A stretch of DNA of 63,997 nt, counting the filler, from Sphacelaria rigidula (Eukaryota): assembly GCA_964200075.2 (NCBI GenBank). It is 4 parts of 4 records of this genome, joined end to end, with 100 filler letters (N's around TTAATTAATTAA, not from the genome) between each part and the next. Parts side by side here need not be neighbours in the genome. Positions count along the whole stretch, not along the records: positions 48,160 to 63,997 come from CAXNAA020001573.1; 3 more parts are not named here. One strand, given 5' to 3'. Made by a program: the position numbers and the translations under genes. The stretch's first letter is position 1; the number at the start of each line of letters is the position of its first letter. The notes beneath the pieces are model-generated. The model searched no databases. It saw nothing but the letters and a program-made list of their open reading frames with translations, and was not told the DNA's origin. Below are positions 48,882 through 60,800 of the stretch, one piece after another.

Positions 48882-51800
48882 GCTCGATTTTATTGGCGGC
48901 CGGGAGAGGACGATGCGCACGGAGCTGGGAGCTGCGTCATATCCATCTGCGACGTCGATTTCAAATATCGCTTCGAGTATCTCGGCTGCAAGGTATAAGC
49001 CTCCTCACACTTTGTGCCGTTCTCTCTTCGACATAGTACACCGAAAAAATTATCTTCAGACATCGTCGGGCCTTAAGCCTCCGTGCCCGCCCCACCCCAG
49101 GCGGTGTACTACCTATTTCTCTCCGTAATCCGCCAGCACGAGGACAAGGTGTACTTCGAAGGCTAAGCCGGTAGAGCAGCACAGAAATGCCTGGATCGGT
49201 TTCCGACTTTTAACACGGGATTTTACGAATTGGGGATGGATTTTATTTGGGGGATGAGAATCCGGAGAATTAAAATCTTCGTATCCACACCGAATATTCG
49301 AAACATGGTTCTATTTCTTCCCTTGCTGGTAACTATTGACAACTGCTACACGCCATACAACTTTGGATTTCGATCAGCGAAATGTCGGGGTCCTAGGTGA
49401 AGAACCAACAGTGGGGGATATAGGTGATCCGATCGGACCCCAAAATTGGTTTTTCACCGAGGACCCCGACATTTCGGGTATCGGAATCCATTTTGTTTTG
49501 GCGTGTATCAGATGTCAATAGCTACCAGAAAGTGAAGAAATGGAACCATACTTCGAAGATTTGGGGTGGATAAGAAGATTTTTAATTTTCCGGGTTTTCA
49601 TCCCCAATAAAAAATCCTTCCCCAATTTTTAAAATTCCGTGTTTGTTAGCTCTTGTTCAGGCAATGTGTGCCGTAGCGGGCATGAATATGTGGCCTCATT
49701 TATGAAGGCGATGCCCTTAGATCTCGCCCCGTTCGTGTTGAATCGGGATCTATTGCGGTCGTGTTTTTTGTAGGAGCGGTTGGTCATCACTCCTCTGACC
49801 GATAGATGCTATATCACGCTTTCCCAAGCTCTTGGAATGTTCCTTGGAGGAGCTCCGGCGGGACCTGCGGGAACGGGAAAGACCGAAACGGTCAAGGATT
49901 TGGGGAGGTCTCTCGGCAACTTCGTGGTGAGTCATGTCTCGCCCCCTTCAACTCACAAGTTCATACGTTGTGTATCTCCCCCTGCGCTAGGTAGGCGCCG
50001 TGCGAAGGCCGGCAGTTTCTCATACGTGTTTGCTATGGGCCACGTCGTAAATTAATCTACGTACAAGTAGCAGATACTAGCTCACATGGGGATCGTGTGC
50101 TCCGTGCACGCAACTCATGCACACTGTCGCTACCTGGCAATTGAGCATCGCCGGGAGTTGCCGGAGGGCAAAACATATCTATCTGTTTCGGCGATAATCA
50201 CGTCTTCACCACTACGCTCATGCTTTCTCCACTCGGCTTCACCTCCCTCCACCTGCCTTGAACTTTCAAACGATGATCCGATGTTTGCACTCTGAATGAA
50301 AACTGTTTTCAGGTAGTGACGAACTGCACGGATCAACAGCGCTACACCGACATGGCGAAGATCTTCAAGGGCCTGTGTCAGGCGGGCCTGTGGGGCTGTT
50401 TCGACGAGTTCAACCGCATTGAACTGCCCGTCCTCTCCGTTGTTGCACAGCAGGTAGAGCGTACCGATGTACAGCTGGTAGGTTTCGTAGCCTCTGTGGG
50501 AGAATGGGCAGCGCATCTGTTGCCAGGTGAGGGTGCCGCACATAATGGAAGGCATGCGATACGTCACACAGCACACGTTTTTCCAAAAAACGAGGCAGCA
50601 CACGATCAGTGCGGAATGCAGGGAGGACCCGCGCGACTCCATACTCGTAAGAACCTTGCGAGAACACAGGCTCGCTTGCGTTACTCTTTGAGCCGCGGTC
50701 TTGCTTCCTCCCTCCTCTCTTGTCGTTTTGTTCAGGTGTTGGCCATCACGAACGCGAAGCGCGTAGGTGCGAAGGAATTCGTTTTTCCTGGCGACAGCCA
50801 AGTCATCGGACTGAAACGAGACGTGGCGTACTTCATCACCATGAACCCGGGCTATCAAGGGCGGCAGGAACTACCCGAAAACCTTAAGGTGTGTGATGAC
50901 TGCTGCCGTGTGTGCGGTTACTTCTCCCTGGCGACCTGTCGATCGTTTCGCAGAATCCAACGACCCCTTTGATCCGGCCCGTCCAGAGCTATTTTTCAAG
51001 ATCATATTGCCGACGGGAAAAACAGTTCAGAATCAAGATCGACGCACGCAGTCCGCTGCGCGTGGCATACCTGTCACATCTCGTGGATGATTCGGCGCTT
51101 CACGAAATTGCGCGCGTGTTGAGGTCATGTCAACGTCACCGTGATGAGAGCGGAAATGATTAATTGTGTTGGCTACGATGTCCCCTGCGAGAGTCATACG
51201 TTCCCACTAAAATAGGTTCAGTGCTTACAAAGCATTTGTCGCGCGACGTTCTCTCGATACGGTGTACCAAAAACGTCCAGGTCTTGTTCAGATCGGTGGC
51301 GATGATGGTCCCAGATCGAGAAATCATCATGAAGGTGAAGCTGTGCTCGGTGGGCTACCAAGGGTTTACTGATCTCTCGCGGAAGTTCAACGTCTTGTAT
51401 GCACTGTGCGAGCAACAGCTTTCCAAGCAGAAACACTACGACTTCGGGCTGAGGAATATTCTCAGCGTGCTCAGGTTCGACGTTGTGGTTTGGCAGCATG
51501 TTGCATCTTTCTATTTTGAAAAATACGTATTTGCAACCAGTAGCACTATACCGACGAATCGCCAACTCTCCGAGGACCATTGCCAGATAACATCCTTTTT
51601 GCAAGGAAAGTCCTTGTTGGCATGAAGCCTGAAACCACATTGTAAAGTGCACACAAATCTGTTATAAAAATCGGCTGTGCATCAATGGAGATTGAACCAA
51701 CATCCAGGAAGATCCCCATGGAACACAAGCCTACAATAAGCGGTTGGCTAACTACACTCTGAAGTCAACGTCTTGATCATAGCACGCGTTATGTAGTATG

Positions 51801-54800
51801 TATTATATGGATGTATGTAGTAGTAAAGATAGCGATGGTTCATCGTCCAATGAAGGGTGAGGGGCAGGGAGGGGCGCATGGCTCGTGGGACGATATTTTA
51901 AAAGCTTCCTTACGGTCGCCCAAAGATACAGCACATTAGAACAACACACTGTGCATCTTAGTACAAAATCCGTGCAAACCGTGGTTGCCAGTACTGACCT
52001 AGCAACCCTTTTCATACGCGAAATACTCTTCTGAGCAATCACTGTCCTGTATCTTCGCGTACGGAGAGATGAAGAGACATCCATCGCAGCGACTCTACTT
52101 GCAGAAAAATAGTTTTGTTGATAGTTCACGTACACAGCCGTACAAGAGATCAGGTCTTATTTGCTCCCCGTAACATGTGTGGTGTCCATGTTCGAGCGAC
52201 GAGACGAACATACCACAATACTTGAACATCTGAAGCGATCACGGCGGTATCAGAGCGCTTTGGAGAAAACTGGGCTACAGCTATCTTCATACCACACGAA
52301 GCTGAAGCGCGAGGACATGATTGAACGATTGCACGTTATTCTGAGCGATCTTTCTAGCCGTTCTACTAAGCAAAAAGTCGACGAAAGTCGGAAACCCTTA
52401 CGAATACCAATTGTAGAACTGACCGTTTTCGGCAAGCAAGTCGATAGCCAAGACTTACACTCAACAGCTGCTCCATTCGTATCGATCGATCAGGACCGCG
52501 GGAAAAACGAAGCGTGATAACCTGGACGAGAATGAGGACCTACTATTGATGAAGACTCTACGAGACATGAACCTTTCGAAGCTCATCGCGCAGGATGTTC
52601 CTCTATTTCTCAGCCTACTGACGGATCTGTTCCCGACTGTCGTCGCCACTACGTCAGGGGATTCCCATGTGGAGGTAACTTTCGCAGCGATTTCATATAA
52701 TATCTTTAGGAGATTTTTCGCTGCAAAAACCGATTTCAGTCTTCCCAGCATCGGTTGGGGGAGAAAACACTAGTGTCTCGATGCTGAGGCGATCGAAGCA
52801 GCGGATTGCAGGGAACATCATTTTCTAATTACCAGCATCACTTCCCTAGTTTTTTTTGCTTGCTTTGAGGAATCATCCGCAAACCATCAATATATATATA
52901 TATATTGCAAACTTCACATTTGTGTGACTTCAACCATTGCCCTCGGAAAGAGTCATCGAAAAATGGAGGGAAAAAAAAGTTTGGAAACTCACCTATGTCG
53001 TAAGCTCTGATTACTTGGCCCTCTCAGCGCCCCGCAGTTTAATTTTTCCTCGAAATGCAGGGAAGAGCGGCAACAGTGGTGACGCTCATTCTGCTGCTTT
53101 CTTCCTCTACTTTTTGTCGGGCGCTTTGAAATACCTTAGGTGGAGTCCGCGGCTCTAGCATCTGTCGAGAGGGATGGTCTCATTCCGCATCCATCATGGT
53201 GCCTGAAAGTGATTCAGCTGTACGAAACCACTCTCGTGCGGCACGGAGTCATGACTGTCGGGCCGCCGGGATCGGGCAAGAGCAGCATCATACACACTCT
53301 TCAGGCATGTGTCAACTTGGAGAGATATGTAACAACTCCCACAAGTAAATGACATCCGTGTCGTGCAGAGTTCGATCGTCTCACGCCAAAAGTGTCGCAT
53401 ATTGTTCAACGATTCCAGATACGCGTACCTGTGTTCATAGTAGTAGTGTCTGCCAGTATCCTGAAGGCAACCGATGTATGCGCCCTCATCGGATGCCGGC
53501 TGAAGAATTCGGGGTTTTTGTCCAATTCATATTTTTTTACCCGTTGGGGCTCGCAAGCGGGAAGCTGAAATGTGCGCTGGATGGCATGTAGTACCGCGCG
53601 GTTTCAGATTGTGTAGTGTTGCTTTTTGATGTCCCGCATTTGGTCAGTGTGATGTCAGGAGAGAACCGCTTCCTTGTTTCGTGTCGTCCGCACGCCTAAA
53701 CCGTCTGTCACTCGATGATGATCTCCACCAAGGTATCAGTCATTTGATGTCGCCGCAACAACATGCTCTCGAAGACATGCCTATGGTTCGGACAATTGTC
53801 AATTCATCGCCCCAATCACGTTCGCTTCAACCATTTCATCAATGCGTGTTGTGCGTGTCCTTCAACCTCTCACCAATGTTATCTGGGTCTTCAAAGAGCG
53901 CCCTGACGAAGACGACAGGCGTGCAGCACAAACCCATCCGGATGAACCCCAAGGCCATAAGGGCTGAGGAGATGTTCGGCGAGACCAACAAAGCATCGGG
54001 GGAGTGGGTTGATGGCGTGTTCGCGGCCATGTGGAGCAAGTTTAATGACCGCAACCGGAAAGACATGCAAGTGTGTACTAAGTGTTCACGTCGAGGCACA
54101 TCAAGATGGCAGATACGTAGCGCAGCCCTTGGATATCTTACGCGTTTTTTGCGGAATCACGAGCCAAGTCTTCGGAGCGGCGCGCAACGTTATCACCATC
54201 CCGCTATAGTGTTCACACGTCGCGAGGTCTACCTCCAACGTGGCTTGAACCCACCTGTATCCGACTGAGTTAAGCAGACCCTAACCATTACTATCGACGG
54301 TGCTGCCACGCGGGGGGCAGAACGCAGATTATCGTAAAAAGCAGAATTTGATATGTCAAGCTCCACCACTGCCAAAAATAACTTGATGGGATGCATCAAG
54401 ATCTTGTTTCGTCTCGCGACCATACACGTGTATGGATGGGCCGCTGAGTTGACAAGGCCTTTGAGTAGCAGCAAAATACCTGAATTTTGCACTAACGTTC
54501 CGTAGAAATACTTGACCACAATTGCTTGCAGTGGATCATCTGCGATGGGCCCGTGGACGCCATCTGGATCGAAAACCTCAATACCGTGCTGGACGACAAC
54601 AAGATATTGACTTTGGCAAATGGGGATCGGATACCCATGACAGACAATGTCAAGCTCATCTTTGAGGTCAGCGAGTTATTTCCGCGGGACACCATTTGGC
54701 TGCGGCGTCATTATGCTTTCAATCGAGCGTTTGAGTGTTGCAGTACGCAAACGAAGTGAGGGGTTGGTATAGCAATCGATCCAGAGGTCAACGAGCCACT

Positions 54801-57800
54801 GAGTGTTCTCTCCTCCGTGCCTTTTCCCCATATCGATGGCTGCTACCTGGAATTGCGGTATATGCATTACTGGTGATGGTTTCATAAGCGGTGCCTTGCC
54901 CCCGCTTCTCAGACCGCCTGCCACAGGGTACATACACATCCGAGGAACGCAATAGTGCACCGTAACATCGTCGAAAACAAGAATACCCGCAAGCCAGGAA
55001 AAATGAGTGAATTTCGCATCCAGATTCTTAGCCGCCAGGCTCCGGCGGTTCAATGGTACAACTGACACCATTAAAGCGGGAAACTTGCGGGTTCGATGTC
55101 CTCTAGATGCGTGTGTTTGTTTTTTTCCTCGCACTTTGAACCCCCCCCTTCCTCGGGATGAGTCCGTGGTCTCAAGGGATCAGGCCACCTTTCCCCCGGT
55201 GTATGTGGGCGGTTTTCTGAGAAGACTCTGATTTCCGTCGTTGAAAGCATGAGGGCGTACGTGGCCATCAAAGGCAGTCTGATTGGCTGAGGTTGTTGGA
55301 AGACAGTCAACGCTTTGCGGGGGTGCTGATCCTATCCGCGATACCAGAATGTCAGGCGTGTTCCGGGGGAGGGTTGGGTTGATTCCTTGGAACCATGGGC
55401 TCGTCACCAGGAAGGAGAGGGGACAAAAAGTGCGAAAAAAACAACGCACTCAAGGATATCGTTGTCGTTTACATACCAGGTGGAAGATCTCCGAAACGCG
55501 TCCCCGGCAACCGTTTCGCGAGCCGGTATTATATATGTCTCAGATAGCGACCTAGACTGGCAACCGGTTATGGAAAGTCGCCTACAGAAGCTTCCCGCGG
55601 CGAGGGGTGATGCGTTGCGAGGGTTCTTCAGGTAGGCACTGTTGATACTCTGTTTATGAGAAGACTCGTATGGTTTTTCGAGACGCAAATGACCTCGAAT
55701 AGCCCGGCAAGGTGAGAAGGATTGCAGTACCGTGCATCCCTGCCAATTTCGTGTCCCGACTTCTGATATCTAGGACCATCGTCGTCTTTTGTGCATATTA
55801 CCCTGCTTCCAAGGGCGGCGCCTTCCCCTGAGAGCATTTTCTTCATCACGCCGCAGCATTGGTCGTTGAGTGTAGTATGATCTACTATTGTACGGCTTGA
55901 AAAGTTGTCTCTTTCTTGTCTTTCAACGTTTGTTCCTCCCCGCAGAAAATATGTCGGAGAATGCCTAGGGCCAAAGGAGCCGGGTCATCTGTTTGCTTTC
56001 ATGAGGAGATCCTGCAACCAGGTCATGAAATGCACCAGAGTGGGACAAATAGAGGTGAGAAAAACGTGGATACACGATGCCATGCACCACCGCTCGAGAA
56101 ATACAAATATAATATCACTTATTTCACGATACCTTGTCTCGCTGTGCTTGGGATTATGCAAGAGCTCGCACAGTCCAACTTTGTTGTCATGTGTACATTC
56201 AGCTGATAGCGGTGTTCGCCTTGGACACGTCTATCTGGTGACCACGGCTCGATCCCTCGGGCACTAGCTTGTGTGTTGTGTGTGTTGTCGTCCCATCTAT
56301 TCTGGGCGCCAGTCTACACCTTTCGGTAAATGTGGGCGCACCAACCGGGGTCACACAGGAGGAAGGTCAACACAGGATTTTTTTTCTTTATTTTGTCTTA
56401 GTACTCCACCTTCCTTTTGCGGTGTTTGCCTTCATTTTTTATCGCGAGAGGGGTTCAGCAGTCCCTTTCCCTCGCCGACAGTTCCATCGAATTTTGTGTA
56501 CCCACGACATGGTCGATCTCCACTGCTGGGTATTGTGTGAGAAAAATCCCAGATCGCTCTGAGAATTGAACCCAAGACCCAGCCATCAGGAGGTTTCGAG
56601 GTTACCAACTGAGCCACCGGGGCGGCCAGCACCTTGTGTGCGACAATTAATCAATAAAATCAGATAACTCCAGTCAGCTTACAAAATGCCGGACGCACGG
56701 ATTTCTGAATATCAATGTCGTGCAATATTTCCCCTATCTTTTGGATGTTACCGTTGATGCGAAACCGGTTATACGCGAGGAAGCCTTCACCGAAAAAATT
56801 GAAAAACTGCAAGCATCACACGCCGAAATGCACCAGTAGGTACCGAGGTCTTCGTGATACGTTTACTCGCGATGATTGCTTGATGAATTGCTTCTCCTAA
56901 GGCGGCGATTCGACTGCTGTCTGGCATGCTCGAGACAGCGGACCTTAGCCAAAGCTCGGAGGATGCGTCCGCCGAGTTAGAGCGACTGTTCCTCTTTAGC
57001 ATTTCTTGGGCACTCGCAGGCCTTCTTGAGCCAGACGGTCGGCTGAGGTGTGGACCAGATACCCAATGTCTAGGACAAGTGTGTCTCCAAGTGGAGTACG
57101 AGTTTGACTCTTGGCACGATGATATTGCGTCAAAACTCACAGAACAGTGGGCAACATTCGGGATTAAGTACACTTCAGGTTCGACTTGTTGTGCAATGTG
57201 GTGAGACACCCTCGCCACCTCAGTAAAGGTCGCCTTTTCTCACGTGAAGGTGCAGTGCTTTCATACGTGGCAGGTCGCGTAGTCGACTAGTATAGAAGCA
57301 TTTATGTCACCGTGAAGCATGGCAACTTCAGTAACAACCAATGCTCCAGCCAGCACCTTGATTTTCTGTTCTCACTACTAGTAGCGGCCTCATGTTTCTG
57401 TCACGTTCGTTTTCGAACCACCAGATTTGACCAGTACCTGCGACAGCTCTGTCCTCACAATATGCCGCAACGTAGCGGACAAGGGCAAGAAACAGAAGCA
57501 CACGACGCCGAAGGCGAAGGCGATCCCGACGGGCCTCCGCGCCCGTTCAGCACGGGTACGCGAAGGGGTCATTACATTTGATTCCTAGTACACAAATTGG
57601 ATCCCGTAATGATAGCTAGTGGGGGGATGGGAAAACAACTGTCTGACAGCGTGCTTTCATATGCATCCACGCTTGTTACTTCCAGAACCTCGGAGGGTAC
57701 AAACCCGATACCTATTGGCCCATCAGATGGTCGACGCTGAGCGACACAAACAGTATGCTGCTATGTGACAAAATAGCGTGCGGCATTGGGACACTTGACT

Positions 57801-60800
57801 GGCTACCGCTTCTCGATGGGCCTCGCTGTCTTCCTCGAGGCTCTTCGCATGAGAGAGCTTATATGAAAAATCAATCATGTGCTGCACGTGCGTTTCGGGC
57901 CGTCTAACTGCGACCGCCGCGCCCCGGTGGTGTAATGGTCCGACTGTCGCCATTAGTGTGGGGAGAACGAGGGTTCGATTCCCGATGCGTTGGGTTTTTT
58001 CTTCGCAATGTCTGATTTCTACCGTGGAAAGCGTGAGAACTTGAGTGAACAAAGTAGTCGACTGAGTTTGTTTGACGTGAGATGGCACGGTGCGGGGAGT
58101 GCTGATAGTCATGATCCAATCCGCGAGACCAAAATGCAAGGCGTGTACCGGGGGAGAAATGGGTTGATCCCTCGAGACCACGGGCTCATTCCGAGGAAGA
58201 GGAGGGGTTCAAAGTGCGACAAATATATAATAAAACAAATCATGAAATATTCTGCTACTAAACAGGCTCGAATGCTCCCGATGTGACGATATTCGACTTC
58301 TCGGTCAACCTCGACACCATGGAGTGGGAACCCTGGCGCGTGCCAGACTGGGAGTACCCAAAGGTTCCTGCTGAAGTAGACTTTCCGAGCCTCTTGGTGC
58401 CAACAGTGGATTCCACTCGTGCCCTGGCAGTTGTTCACCAGATGCAGGTGGGGTGGAAAATAACGAAATGGGTGACCGCAGGGTCGGTGGGTTTTGTTCC
58501 CGGACGTGGGGTTGATCTACTTGCATCGGGGAAGAAAATATCGGTCATAGCATCCTTTTGTGCTGTCGATTGTGTTTGATAGAGGCGTTCAGGCGTGAGG
58601 GAGATCACTATCTTTGAGTACATGAATTTTATGCAGGCAGAGCGGAAAACAGAAATCAGGTACGCGAGGAGGGGACTACGAAACACTGAGAGTGGATAAC
58701 GATGAACTACAGGGTGCTCAGAGGAGCGATGCATTGTACAGCTGCCGAATAATGCGCATGATGCTGTCCCATGCCGACAGTATCTACCCTCTGCATGGTT
58801 TGATCACCGACTCTTCATGACTTGGACTGCGATGTACACCTTGGTATCTCTGTTTGTCGTCGCTATCGCGATCCCTCCTTCCCAGAGGCAGCACCACCCC
58901 GTGCTCATGGTCGGGGGGAGCGGTACTGCTAAAACCACGACAGCTTTGATGTATTTCGACACTTTGAAGGGCGACTCCATGCTCGTGAAGCGAATCAACT
59001 TCTCCTCTGCTACTTCTCCGGGAATGTTCCAGGCAAGATTAGTTTGAATATCACTCACCCAAAACCGGGACATGGGTGTGTCAACTGGATCTGTATGAGT
59101 TGAAGCCCATCTTCGACGACCTAAAGCTCGTGACTGACTAGTACAGGGCAATTCTTGGGCCCTCTTGTGCGACTCGTGAATCTATGGTTACGCATCTCAC
59201 GTGGAGTGGATTCCCGTAGTGCACGTTGTCAAGTATTCATCAAAACGCAAACTACTTGACGATCGTTGCCAAAACTTTGCGGAAATAGTCGATGTGTTTC
59301 TCGAATTGTGGCCATCGGGAATTGATAGCGATGCATTGCTATACAGGTGACCACATATTTGACGTAGTACTGTATTGCGGGTAGTGTTGGTACGCATCAA
59401 CCATACCGTGGCTCGAAGATCGTTGCTTACCTTCAAATGCCCTCTCGCTTGATCGCACGAGACATGAGAATACATTCACTTACCGGCTCGTGGCTAGACG
59501 TTGCTACGCACCATACTGAATACCTTCCTTTCCGATCGCAGACTACCATCGAGGGAGAGCTGGATAAGCGAGGAGGGAAAAACTTCGGCCCTCCGTCCGG
59601 CTGTGGAATGACTGTCTTCTTAGATGACGTCAGCATGCCGGAGGTGAGAGATTTCGTCACTGCATGGCGTTTCAGTCGTTCGTAACGCAATGTAGTCCGA
59701 ACATGTAATTTATTCTCGAAATTCGCCCTGGCCTCTGTCGCCGCCTCAGCTGATAGAACTCGAGAACCCTTTTCTAGAACTCCGACTCCATGAAAATTTG
59801 CAGGAACTGGCAAAGCGTTATGCCCTAGCAACGCTTCGCTGGAAGAGTAAAAAGTCGACAAGTATATCCAACGTGCTAAGCGCATCGGGAGCCCAGTCAG
59901 TTCAGCGCGATCATTACATGCTCTACAACAGCGACCAGTAGTATCTTCGCACACGAAATAACAGCCCCACGTTGCTCTCTGGGTTGCGTCAGGTGAATGA
60001 GTGGGACGATCAGCCTACGCTAGAGATCGTTCGGCAGCTGGTAGAGACCGGCGGCTTCTGCTTCCTCGACAAAGACAAGCGCGGGGACCTCAAGGTGACG
60101 TGTCTTTTGAGCTCCACGATTGACATAAAAGCCTCCTCGCAACGGATATTACGGTACATGGGGCAAATCATACCCGCTCAGGCGCTTTCTCTAAGGATGC
60201 AGTGGTGCGAAGCAAAAAATGGAGCTCTTTACTATGCCTGAAATGGAATTGGAAGGGTATGAGATGTGGCCCACCTCTTTTTTGTTTCCGAAAGTGGAGT
60301 TTAGTAAAGTGGAACAACCCTTCTGCTGCTAATTCGAGCGGTGCACAGGTTATCGAAGACTTGCAGTTCGTGGGCGCGATGAACCACCCGGGTGCGGGCA
60401 AAAACGACATCCCGAATCGCCTCAAACGGCATTTCTTCATCTTCAACATGATCGTCCCTCCGGAGGAGAGCATCAATTCCATCTACGGTCGGATGGTGAG
60501 ATTTGGTCTCCAGCGCGACTCGCACTATCGAACAAAACGGAAACGTTGATTTCGATCACTGCGTGGCATGATTGCCCCCGCAGGTTCAGCGCATATATGC
60601 AAAATATGTTTCGAAGGCCGCGCATTTTTGTTTTTGAGTTCCTTCCGACGATAGGAGTCGGAGAGGCGGGGTGAACGATATAGGATGCAACGTAGAGTAC
60701 AGCGTCAGGCATTTGACTGAATGATCGCATTTCATTAATTATTGTGCATATTGATATGCCGACAAGAGGTGACCTCTACTACGCCATATTTTACGACGAT

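Noticed and set aside
57921-57993. tRNA gene (also the heads at 55039 and 56623)
   Set aside because: A and B boxes are present, but there is no acceptor-stem pairing or proper anticodon arm, and the sequence continues into a repeated body and tail, so these are SINE heads.
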